Of a stretch of DNA of 64,000 nucleotides, positions 1 to 11,465 are shown in pieces. The notes under the pieces were generated by a model. That model made no database searches, was not told the origin of the DNA, and saw only the letters and a list, made by a program, of their open reading frames with translations. The position numbers and the translations under genes were made by a program. Position 1 is the first letter of the stretch, and every line of letters starts with the position of its first letter. Source of the DNA: Podarcis liolepis. Lineage: Eukaryota. Location: NCBI GenBank assembly GCA_965112155.1, contig OZ218103.1. The stretch is one strand, 5' to 3'.

Positions 1-185
1 GTCACCACACTACTTTGGGTTAACGCTATGTCCAAGACTGGGTTCATGGTATGTCTTGCTCCAAATAAACAATGAGCTGTAGCCAAGGTTTGTTCCTGGC
101 TTACGGTACGCAGTTCATTTGGAATGAGACAAACCACAACCTGGGGTTCAGGCGCAATGCTAAGCCAAACTATGGCTTAGCTCTT
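1..185. mobile_element. Degenerate squamate palindromic MITE rich in AACCATGGTT/TAAGCC-type motifs
   Basis: Motifs aaaccacaacctggggtt and taagccaaactatggctta are shared with copies at about 38590-38635, 41905-42195 and 55790-56070. Confidence 0.5.
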
Positions 186-659
186 AGGAGCAGCAGAGGA
201 GTGAGGCAGGTACAATTTTCTCACTGTGGAGCAGCAGCATTGTAATTCCCTTACGTTTTCCAGGCCTGCCTCTGGTTTTGTTTCCCAAGAAGGAAACTGG
301 TCAGCCGGAGATTGATCTCTTTCATTACATGCATGAAGGGAAGTCTGGTCCCCAAAATCTGTTACTCCTTAAAGGTGCCACAATATTCTTTGTCCCCTTC
401 ACAGTTTAAACCTGATACTTCCCTTCCCTCAGCATGCACACATTTTCACTTAATCTGTGTTAAGACGGGGTTCACCATTTAAAACACTGAGCTCTCAAGC
501 CAAGTTCTATTTTATACCACACACGCAGAGGCAAATACGTACACACACACACTTTCTAATTTCCATGCAAGAGGGAAGCAGGTGCCCACATTCCCGTAAG
601 CACTCCCATCTCTCATTTCCCCCCCCCTGCCTCCGCCACCCTCCTTGGATCCTGCCCCA

Positions 660-905
660 TTAGTTTAGTGCCCAGCCATCTGCGACGTCTCCTGTAATGC
701 TCTCCCCCCTGTGTATCAGGGAGCTTTTCCATTAGCGCCTTTAATATTCTGACACCTTAGCACAGGCTGCTATTACATTCAAACACGGATCGCCCTGTGA
801 AATTACATTGCCAGGCTTGCTAAAATGGAATTGGGTATAATCAGGCTGCTCCATGCGCTGTCAGTCCCATCACAAATACAACGCAAAGCAGGCTTATGGA
901 TGGGC
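660..905. promoter_or_regulatory. Candidate highly conserved non-coding element (enhancer)
   Basis: Repeat-free, complex sequence with retained CpGs, many TAAT/ATTA cores and TGACA/CTGTCA sites. Composition changes abruptly at both edges. Conservation is inferred, not measured. Confidence 0.55.
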
Positions 906-2524
906 TTAGCAGCTGCTACAAGTGTATTTTTTTAATAGATGAAGTATCCCTTATTTAAAAGCATTTCCTTAAGAAGAAGGGGGAACGCACACATACACAC
1001 GGTGGAAAGACAAATCAAAAGCTGCGTCACTGTGTTACCAATACCTCAGGTCTCTTAAAAAACTGTTATTTACTACGGGGCTATCTGTTTATCTATAACT
1101 ATATCACATACACAGCGAGGAGGAGGGAGAGATAAAGGTAGTTAAACAGACAGCCAGTGAGATATGTGCCACCAGGAATTAATAGCTAAATAAAAAGCCC
1201 CATTATTTACTCCAAGGAGGAGGGAGTCTGGGGCGATCTCACAGGTGTCTTGCTCAGATGCTAACATACAATGTGGTGTTTCTTTACAAGAATCTGGTTT
1301 GTAAAGACCAGTGCATACTGCCTGCTAATAATACTACTGCACATTTGCATGTGTCATCAGGGCACACATAAGTAGATTTACCAAAAACATCCCAGAATTG
1401 TTTATTCATGAAAAAGCATTCCATGTAGTTCAGGAAGAAGCTTAGAGAAGGATAGCACTGTATCTTTGGGGTTATGGGAAGAATAAAGGATATTCAGATT
1501 GTGGGTGGCTAGGCAGAATATCAGCCTTAAGTACTGGATACAAGAGCCCACGGTAGAGAATAACTTACTGCAAATTCAACAGGTAAACTTCCACCATCGT
1601 AAAAACAATTAACCGGGAAATCACTAGTGCCTCAAGCAATTTGGTGATCATTTGTCCATGACCGCTAGTTAAATGTTAGAATTCATAGAATAACAGTTCT
1701 CTCGTTGTCAAGGACATTAAAATTAAACTAAAGCTATGGAAGACCAATGAGACCCAGCACAAATACATCATAGTGAATCCAAACAAGAGTCCATCGCCTA
1801 ATGCAGGGACACAGCCAATTGATGGCCATAGGCATGATGTTGACAGGCTCCTCCAACCCATTACCATACTGGTTCTTGACTGCTCTACTAGGCCTGGAGT
1901 GCGAAAGAGGGAAATCCAAAAGGAAAAGCGGCTTTGTTGCTTCTTCCATCATATGTGGTCACTACTCCAAGAGCCCTATTAATAGCAAGGCTCACAGGAA
2001 AGGGAAGAATAGAGGCACCTCTGCCTGTATGGAAGTTAGAATAGGAATCAAAGTTCCTTTGCTCTTGGATCATCTCTCCACTGTACACTAAATCTAGCAA
2101 TTCTGTTACAGAAGTGGGAAAGGCTGGTTCTCCAAGCAACTTTGTTGTGGAGGGTTCAGCCCCCAGAAGTTGGCCACCCCAGTTTCAGATTCTAAGGTTG
2201 AAGGTATTCCTGGGACCATCTTTTCTAACTGGTATGCCTAAGATACCACAGTTACAGAACACTAAGTCCCACTGTATACATTGCTCTCTCTCCACACAAG
2301 TAAAGGGATGTTCCCAAGGTATTACCGTACTTGAAGGCACATGGGGCCACCACCTTGATGAAGCTAAGTCAGTCTGTGTCTTGCACCCTGGACAGAAGAT
2401 CACCTGAGAACCACATGTATCCTTTTTTGGGTTCCATGATGGAAGAAAGGTGGGATATAAACTTAAGAAAATAAGTAAATGCATCAACAATCAGGTCAAA
2501 AAAATATTTCTTTCTTATCCACAT

Positions 2525-2661
2525 TAGGAATAGGAAATTTGTGCCTCCCCCATAGGCTACTATACTACAACTCTTACCATTCCTGAATTGGCTCTGCTAG
2601 ATAGAGATGACAGGAGTTTGAATCAAACTACATCTGGAGGGCCGTAAGTTCCCCATCCCTG
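2525..2661. mobile_element. Palindromic hAT-type MITE of about 135 bp (ACTACAACTCCC...GGGAGTTG family)
   Basis: Ends in catctggagggccgtaagttccccatccctg. At least six similar copies occur elsewhere in the window. Confidence 0.75.
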
Positions 2662-3317
2662 GTCTACAAGCATGTGATTTACATATTGGGAAGTCAGAAA
2701 TGTAAGACTGCCATTTATACATTATATAGCATATGCTCTGGTAGAAAAAGCTAACATCTGAGGCTAGCTAAGTCTCTGTTTGAACACACCAAGGGACATC
2801 AGCTGCATTACTCCCATTGCACACTGTTACCTTCAGGGCATTTTTCATACTGATCAGCCTCACCCAACCCACAAATATCCATTAGATTATTAATTAGATG
2901 TAGCACCCATGCTAAAGAGTCAGGAACTGAAATCCCAAATTTAAAGCGAACAAATAAATCCTCAAATGGCTCTTCAGGCAACCCTGAAAAATGAGAAGGC
3001 AGTGCAACAGGATTGAGCATCAAACAAAAAATGGTAGAAATGATCACAAAGACTGTGATTATTAGTAACAGAGACAAAACATGCTGAGAGGCAGCACAAT
3101 TGCTATGCCAGGAAGTCATGCCTCACCAATCTATTACAGTGCATTGAGGATGGCAACAAATAGGTGATCCAGATAATAATGTGGCGCTTTCAAAAAGCTT
3201 TTGTCACATTTTTCCACCCAAGAAAAGGATGTTAGGTAATCGTGGATTAGAAACAAATTACTTTTCCTGTATCAGCCACAGGTTAACAACTAGGAAGGGA
3301 AGAAACATATGGTGAGT

Positions 3318-3552
3318 TTTATTTATGATTTATTGATTGCTTTTGTATCTCACCTTTTTCTCCAAGGAGCTCAAGGTGGCACACATGGTTCTCCTCCTCC
3401 TCATGTAAACCCCACAACAACCCCATGAAGTAGGTTAGGCTGATAAGCAATGAATGGCCTAAAATCACCCAGTGAGCATCATGGTTGAGTGGGGATTCAA
3501 GCCCTGATCTCCCAGATTCTAGTTCAACACTCTAACGACTACACAACAATGG
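3318..3552 (-). mobile_element. MIR-like CORE SINE (Squam3-like)
   Basis: Contains cacaacaaccccatgaagtaggttagg...cacccagtgag...ggggattcaagccctgatctcc. The tRNA head with B box is on the right and a TTTA tail on the left. Confidence 0.8.
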
Positions 3553-3554
3553 TT

Positions 3555-3688
3555 CAGTGGCCCCACTGTGGTACCCTCCAGGTGTTTTTGTACCATCACT
3601 CCCATAACCCATGACCATTAGCCATACTGGAACTGATAGGAGCTGGAATCTAACATCATTGGGAGAGTACCACACTGCTGATCCCTGC
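3555..3688. mobile_element. Palindromic hAT-type MITE copy
   Basis: Same family as 2525-2661 (ccctccaggtgtt...ctccca...gaccattagcca...gatccctg). Confidence 0.7.
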
Positions 3689-4549
3689 AGTGGAGTTCCC
3701 CCAGTGAACTAGTGGGACTACTTTCAACAGAAAAACACCACATTGGCTAAGATTTGAGGCCAATGCAAAATTATTCAGAGAGAGGGCAAAATCAATGATT
3801 AACAGTTTACAGTAGAATCATGAAAAACTGGGTAATAGGTTTTTGTGTGTGTGTGTTTTATAGACTGGCCACAAACAAGTGTCACTCATTACAACAAGCC
3901 ATTAGCACAAATATGACAATTAATACGTGGTCACTTTGAGCATGAGGCTTGTGCTCTTTTGGGGTCAGGAGTCCATTGCATCCTGCTGTCTGCACCAACA
4001 AAACAGAATGAAATAGGCATCTAGGTACCAGGAGGACCCATTGAAGTAGCCTTGCAAGATATCAAGAGATTGGTCCTGAGAGCTTGGGTTGTTTTTCTCT
4101 GCAGGCCAGAGACTAAATCAGACATATGGTCTGTCAAAATTAGCTGGAAATTCTGGAATATTCATTAAGAGCCTTTCAGAGCTAGCAGCAACATATTCAT
4201 GAAAGAAGGAAAGGGCAGAAAATAGAGGGAGGGGAAACAAGGGCAAAGAACCAAGTTCAATATGGATAATCAGAGCAGTGTTTCATGTCATTTCCTATCT
4301 AGTTTGCAGAGCACCTGAACTGATGTCACATGAAACAGATAGAAACTGAAGTAGCCTGAAGAGCACATGCAACCTGTGCCGGTGACATTTACACTGGGCT
4401 ACCTTGCTATGTGCTTTTCTGCAATTGTTGATTCAAGCCAAAATTTGGATACGTGTCCATGAGCAGTACTACATGAGGAAGCTAGAGATTGAATCAGAGC
4501 TGGAGCAAAAGATGAGCAAGGAAGCTGAACACTCAATGGGGAGCAGTTG

Positions 4550-4567
4550 ATAATAATAATAATAATA

Positions 4568-4612
<45 letters not shown>
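4550..4612. repeat. (TAA)n directly followed by (TTA)n microsatellite
   Basis: Seen directly; it forms the tail of the adjacent L2 element. Confidence 0.95.
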
Positions 4613-5500
4613 TATACCCTGCCCTCCCCAGCCAAGACTGGGCTCAGGGAGGCTAACACCAAATAAAAAAACAATTGATTGAAATACAGCTTAAAAACAA
4701 GATTAAAATACAACATTAAAACATTAAAATGCAGCCTCATTTCAGTGGAAACTCAATCAAAAACTCTTTTAGAGATGAAAACGTGAAGTCTTCACCAAAG
4801 CTAACTATCCAGACTGGTCCTACATGGGCCAGAAAAAAGCCAGGGAAGTCCAACACAGAAGGAGAAAGGAAAAAAGAAAAAAGAAAGAGGGGGACAGAAT
4901 CAAACTGATTCCAAGCCAAAGGCCAGGTGGAACAACTCTGTCTTACAGGCCTGCGGAAAGAAATCAGATCCTGCAGGGCCCTGGTCTCATGAGACAGAGC
5001 GTTCCACCAGGCCAGTGTTGAAAAGGCCCTGGCTCTGGTTGAGGCTAATCTGAGTTCCTTAGGGCCCGGACCTCTAGGGTGTTGCTATTTATGGACCTCT
5101 GTGGTCCATAAGGTCCTCTGTGGGGCATATCAGAAGAGGCGGTCCTATAGGTACAATGGTCCTAGGCTGTGAAGGGCTTTAAAGGTCAAAACCAGCACCT
5201 TAAACCTGACCCTGTACTCCACTGGGAGCCAGTGCAGCTAGAAAAGCACTGGGTGAATATGCTCCCATGGCAGAGACCCCGTGAGGAGCCTCGCTGCAGC
5301 ATTCTGCACCCGCTGGAGTTTCTGGGACAGCTTCAAGGCCCGCGTAGAGTGAATTACAGTAGTCAAGCCTGGATGTGACTGTCACATGGATCACTGTGGC
5401 CAGGTCAGGGCGGGAAAGGTAAGGGACCAACTGCTTGATGCGGTGAAGGTGGAAAAATGTCACCTTGGCTGTTGCTGTAACCTGCGCCCCCAGGTTAACC
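4600..5500 (-). mobile_element. 5'-truncated L2-clade LINE (ORF2 C-terminus and 3' UTR)
   Basis: ORF 5200..5526 contains FFHLHRIKQLVPYLSRPDLATVIHVTVTSRLDYCNSLYAGL, the typical L2 ORF2 C-terminal signature. It is frameshifted after that and ends in a (TAA)n tail. Confidence 0.9.
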
Positions 5501-5699
5501 CAGCAAAGGTCCAGAGAAGACCACAAGGCTTACATTCTCACTACCAACTCCTCCTTTAACTGGTCACCTTCTGGGTTATGATTCATAGTCGAGTCTTCTT
5601 CCTTCTCCCACATACAATCTTGCACTCAAATGAGTTCACTGGTGATGAAGCCTTCAGGAAGCCAGACACACATATACCAACTCTAGGATTCCTATTGGG

Positions 5700-5929
5700 T
5701 TCATGCCACCTTTATTTTTAAGGGCTGGGTGACAAGGGGGAAGAATCAGGATCAAGGCTAGACTGGGCTGTGGTCTGACAAAACAACCATGAGCTGAGGC
5801 ACTTTCGGCTGCTTTGGGACTTTTGTGGGTTCCTCCAGAGCCTCAGTTGTATTGGGGTTCTCCGCAGGGTCCTATACCTCTTCCTCAGAGGAGGTCTTTC
5901 TGAGATCTGGGTGGAGTGGGATCCTGACA
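5700..5929 (-). mobile_element. Possible LTR-like fragment
   Basis: Begins TGTCAGGA on the minus strand with purine-rich composition similar to the other LTR-like elements. I did not locate the other terminus. Confidence 0.3.
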
Positions 5930-6959
5930 ATAGGTGAGGTCAAGAGATGATAACATGCTGCAAGCATGGAGCAAGAAACTTACAATGCACAGAGGAAATT
6001 GAAATGTTGCTAATTAAGGAAGCAGAATATAAACTTGAGAGACTTCATATTTTTTCTAGTCTGGTATGGATACCAAAGGCCAAGAGACACACACCTTTGC
6101 CAGTTAAGAAAAGCAGCTATTTAAACAGAGAGAGAGAGAGAGCAGGAGAGGGAGAGAGAAAGAAGGGGGGGTGGATCCTTTCACCATAGCAAGTCCAGGA
6201 GAGAGTCTAGGATAACCTGACAGGGAACAGGCACATCAATCAGGCAAAAGCAAGGTAGAGTAAGACTAAGGAACACAAAAGAGCTAGCAAGAAGGTTCAA
6301 GGGATGGCAAGGAAGCTCTAAGCAGGAAGGTTGACCAGCAGCCTCTACCTTTTTCCTTTTAGTTGGTGTTGGCCTCTGGTAAATGTTTCCAAGATCTGAG
6401 CAGCAGGAAGCTATTTCCAAGAATTTGGGAATTCAATATTTGATGCGAGTATAGAACATCCAATAAAAAGCAAACTTCAAACAATGAAACATAAGAATAT
6501 AAAACTGAATCAAGACAGAATCAAAGGTGTCGTACAACACTAAGCAGGACCAGGAAAACAATTAGAGAGTGGCATGTGACAATGACAAAAGGTGCTAAAA
6601 ATAAGGAGCCACTGTTGTGGTAGGCAGATGCTCATTATGTGCTTGCAGAGACAATGTAGCATGAAAGACTGAGAAACTAGCTTAAAGATGCAACAATATG
6701 TAAGGTTTCAGAGCACTTGGAGAGCCTCCAATTCACAAGTGTGAACAGAGAGAGCAAAGGTGCATTAGCGGAAGGCATTAAGAGGAAACAGGAGTGAGAG
6801 GAGACCAATGGCATGGCCTTGTCATGCCAAGTTCCAAACAGAATCCAGCACAGCTGGTAACAAGCTACGGACGTCTTCCCTGCAGCCTAGGGAAGCGGGC
6901 AAATGGGCCTGCGGCCAATCTGCTCCCTGTAACTAGAGCGAGCCAGTGTCTGTGTGTGT

Positions 6960-7145
6960 GCATTCATGTTCCGCTTGAGCTGAAGCTCGGTGTTAAATTC
7001 AATGCCTTGAGTATTGATTTCCTCGCACATGCAGAACTTTGTTAAAGGGTTTGTTGTGAACTGAGATCAAAGGGAGGTTAACTCACTTCTCATAAGTGAT
7101 AAAACAGACCTCAAGAAAAATTCTGCCACCCGGTCAATCCTCAGA
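6960..7145. promoter_or_regulatory. Candidate enhancer with an optimal TCF/LEF site
   Basis: AGATCAAAGGG at 7064-7074, plus GATAA and ATTGATT sites, in repeat-free sequence. Confidence 0.4.
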
Positions 7146-8200
7146 GGACAGCAAGCAAGAGCTGTTAGTTACTCTTGTGTTGCCATTGTAAGGCTGCAAG
7201 CCATGAAGCTTCTGAATAAAGCTGGGATAAAAAAGAGCCCAACTCCTCACAGTGCCCTATATATCATCGTGTGGAAATTCCAAAACCACCCTCACCATTT
7301 CATCTCTAATGTCTCATTCCCAAAGTGAGAGGAAAGGAGTTCATCAACTTATATCTAGGAGCTAGCAAAGGAGATGCTTCTGTCCTTGTCAGTGGTGGCT
7401 TCTTAATGAAGGGTGTCTCTAATAATTGGAAATTTATATTAAGACCAGAATACATGTCTTGTATAGCCCCTAGTACTGGCCAAAGTCAATGTCATATTAC
7501 TAGGATAAATGCATCAGTCCAACCGAGTAAGTCTGCTTGGCTTTAGTCCTTCTTAAATATCTTTAGACAAATGAACCACATTCTATTTCTATAATTTATA
7601 TAATATCATTAGTGTACACAGCACTTTTATAGTGTTGCCTAATCTAAAACGTCAGTTGCCAACACCTTTGCATTATATAGGGCAGCTTGGATCTTTTAAA
7701 CAATCCAAAGCAGGTTTTCAACTCTCTCTATCACAGCTCTGCTAAAGAAGCAGCCTTGCTGGGGTAGCAAAAATACATAATCTGATAGAACAGCACTCCA
7801 GCAGAGGAGAGGGGGAGAACAAGCCTCGTAAGTAATAAAAAGGGGGGAAATAATAATGTAGGGAGATGAGCAAAGTGGAGTGAGGAACCTTGCTGGACTT
7901 TTGTCTCTTTTATTTTTCAGCTAGACAAGCACCCTCACGCAATAGTCACACGGTATGGAAGAAGAACCAAGTTCACCAAATGGCATGGCAGAACTGACCT
8001 ATTGACATGGATACTGGTGGCTGCCAGAATGTCAACTGCCTCAAAATGGAAAACCTTAAGGGACTTGCAACTCTTGCTGTGGTATAAAAATATGTGGATT
8101 TTAGCACTAGCTGAAAAAAGAATGCATGAATTAAGTGTCGCTAAAGGCTAAAGGCTAAAGTGTCGCTAAAAAATTCTATGCTGTTTAGTGGGATTTTATC

Positions 8201-8207
<7 letters not shown>

Positions 8208-8236
<29 letters not shown>
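8208..8236. repeat. (TG)n microsatellite
   Basis: Seen directly. Confidence 0.95.
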
Positions 8237-8239
<3 letters not shown>

Positions 8240-9156
8240 AGAATGACAAATACAGACGTACAGGACTCCCTCCCAACAGTACAACATGAAATCTGGCTTT
8301 CCTAATGGTCTTAAGTATTCCAGATATAGTGTGCTGGTTTTTTGAATTTGTACTTCTATTATTTTTATTCCATTTCTTTGTTTGACTTACTTCAAGAAAA
8401 ATTATTTTAAAAACCAATCAAATCTTAAGCAATATTCAATAGGTGCTGAGAACACTTGTATGATCACATTTGATACAGGAATTGCAATAGAAAGATTTGC
8501 TTTAGTTTAAGAGTAGTGGGAGCCTTATTTTCCTGTGTACAAAAATGAAATTCTAATACTGAAAAGAGTGAGGGAAGTCTGGATCCCACACTACAAATAG
8601 GTAACAATTGCATCTTTATTGCACACAATATGTATGTGCACTCAAACCTAAGCCCTGCAGGTTTAAAATCTCAATTGCCCCACCTTGTGTTACCATCTAG
8701 CTTCTGCCTGGATACTTTATCTGAATCAAATGCCGGCAGTGTTTATAGAGCAATTGCTGTGTGTTCTCCACTTGCACAGTGATGAAGATTTCACTTAAAC
8801 TCTCAACATCTGCACATTTCAACTAAATTAGGCCATTCGCTATAAAAGAGCACAATGACAGTAATGGAATAATAACAGCATTAATAAAACACAACAATCC
8901 TTGGATGAGGAGCAGATGCATTCACAAGCTTCAGAGACAGAGAGAGGGAGGGAGAAAATGAGGCTGTTTAGAAAGTCATACAATGCACATTCAGGTCTTG
9001 GGGGGGGGGGGGACCAACAACGAAGACAGGGTCAGGAGAAAATTGTATTTTAACCTTACAAGAAAGTCTTCCTGACTCTAGAAAGTTCTATTCTCACCAG
9101 AGGAAAAGGTTTCATTGGAAAAACATAAGTTTGTAATGGGCATCCAAGGAGCACGA

Positions 9157-9165
9157 ACACACACA

Positions 9166-9214
<49 letters not shown>
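9157..9214. repeat. Compound (CA)n(GA)n microsatellite
   Basis: Seen directly. Confidence 0.95.
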
Positions 9215-9218
<4 letters not shown>

Positions 9219-11254
9219 GGGACCTGCAGCCCTGGAATCACATGCAGCCCTTAGCCTAACTTTAAAAGCCCTTTTCAAGCAATCAGTTTGAACCTCTGGC
9301 AAGAGCAGCTGACAGACAAGGAACACAAGCAGCAAGGAGAGAGACAAAGGGTGGCAGGAAGTGAATGTTAAGGGGTGCCCCTACCTGCAATCACTACTAG
9401 TTTCTGGCTTCATACCACCATGTGGCTCTTGAAATATCACCATGTGGCCACCAATAGCAAAAAAAACCAAACACCCGCATTGTCCTCTCCTTATCTACAT
9501 TAAAGTACGTACTCCAAATTCTACTGTTGGGAAGCCTTGTGGGCCAAACAAAATATGCAAAAGGGCAATTTGCAATAATCTACAGGCGGTAATAAAGTTC
9601 ACTAGCTGGCAAGAGTTTTTGAACTGCACTAGGCAAACGAGTAAATGCTAAAAAGGTTTATTTAAGGGGGAAATAGAATACAAAATGAGGTGCACACCAC
9701 ACAATAATTGCATGGAAACTGAGTTCAAATACCAACTCAGAGATAGAAAACATTATGTCAAGACAAAATTCTGAGTTAGCAGAGCTAAAATAGAGTGAGT
9801 AATCAATTGGCAGGTAAATATTTCCACCATCAGAGAGAGCAAAGCAAGTCTTCCATTCATAGCAATGGATTAGGAAAATTCAAAATAAATATCCTCCAAA
9901 ATGCTGTTTCCCAAGATATAGATTCATACCTTTTATCATAGGCGAAAGCCCAGTTTCAGTTGTATCTAATGACCAGTGAGTCAGATGAGACCCAAACTGG
10001 AAAAGGTGACTCACATATTAAAACCCGATTTTCAATGTGGATGATGATGGTGATGTGGGTGTGTGGGTTGGGACTGGCAAGTAGGTAAGAGGCCAGGTAC
10101 AGTAGCTTCTTCAAAGCTCCCAGATGCTTCACTTGAATCATAGCCTCAATCTGCCACCTCCTCCTTACCAATGCCAATCAATATCCCACAATTTGAATGT
10201 CTCCTCTTTCTTTGTTCCCCTATGCCATATTTTGCAATTAGGTTGCAATATCTGACCTGTTGGTTTTTTCCATGGAATGTTCCCCAAAATGACAGACAAG
10301 CCTAATTTGCCCAGTTCATTCAGTTAATTTGCTAAATTTGGGTTTGGCATTCCAATGAATGAAGGTCTGTACCCAATTTCCAGCAGCTTCAACAAGTTAC
10401 ACAACGTTGCGTTCTGATCTCTATATTTGAAGTGGTCTCACACGTTCACTTCGCCAACTACTACTTGGCAAAGAAAGTGATTAAGGTTGTGATTTGCAGT
10501 TTATTTAAAGGAGTGGACACATGGAGGTTCAGTTATTTTAAATACCCACAGCTACCACTCTTCTCAGAAGTGAAAGGCTGAAACGTGCTTACTTTTATTC
10601 CCTTTTCTTTTATCAATGTGCTCCTTTAACTTTTATGTTCTGAATCATTCTGAAATTGCCTTTGGGTTGAACAATAACATGAAGGACATTTTGCCAGCTT
10701 CTTTGTGAATTATGAGCATGCCAAAAAACATCCCTCCAATTTGTGAACAGAGGAAATAATTGTCTCCCCCTTATCTGCCCCATCCTCTCACATAAAAACG
10801 CAGCAAAAATAAAACACGTAGAATTCTAACATTCAACATGAAGCTGTAATCATTAAACAAACATTGAAATACATAATTCAGCCCAGCCAGAAAATGCACC
10901 TATCATGCATGCAGGGGTATCATAGTCCTGTTTTTTTCTGCCAAGTTATCTAGTCTGGCTCAGTATTTCTGCCAATATTACCTATGGCAGTTAGCATTGC
11001 TCTAAGGGCAATTTTTGCAAGGGTGGGGGAGACAATATTTCACCTGTTTAGTTGCAGCTCACCTAAATGCACAAGCGGAGCGCACTATCTCTACTCATAA
11101 TTTCTTAACAGAGCTAAGAGAAATGGGGGAAATGAAAGAGACCAAAGAACCAGTTGCCCAGGACACAAACAAGGTTGCAAAAATCTTTGTTGACACTACA
11201 ATTTCTTCTTCCTCTGCTGATTTTTAGCCATCTCTGCTTCTCCCCTGAGGTGCC

Positions 11255-11465
11255 TCAGGTGATTGAATGAAATACAACCCTCAGCTCCAATAAGCGTATT
11301 TCAATTACATCTGTCAACACATAACGACGTAATAATATATCATGTGATATTAAATCCATGGTAATCATATCAGTGATTTTTTTATAGTGTGCTAATCATG
11401 TTATTACATCTCAATAATTAACAACAAAAGATCTGGAAATCTCCGTTACTGTGCTCATTATGTCC
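11255..11465. promoter_or_regulatory. Candidate AT-rich conserved non-coding element
   Basis: Dense TAAT/ATTA/TAATC cores, CTGTCA, AACAAAAG and retained CpGs in complex AT-rich sequence. Confidence 0.5.

Larger units (their letters stand above)
3155..3830 (+). mobile_element. Old CR1 LINE reverse transcriptase fragment, interrupted by later insertions
   Basis: Degenerate traces of GDP..DFQKAFD / HGIR (3160-3300) resume as GVPQ..LFN..KF..KLF (3692-3780) after the SINE and MITE. Confidence 0.55.

Noticed and set aside
1680-2090. Cluster of overlapping short ORFs
   Set aside because: No ERI3 or other recognisable peptide; possibly a decayed repeat that I cannot assign.
5200-5526. 108-aa ORF as a host gene
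   Set aside because: Frameshifted L2 ORF2 remnant.
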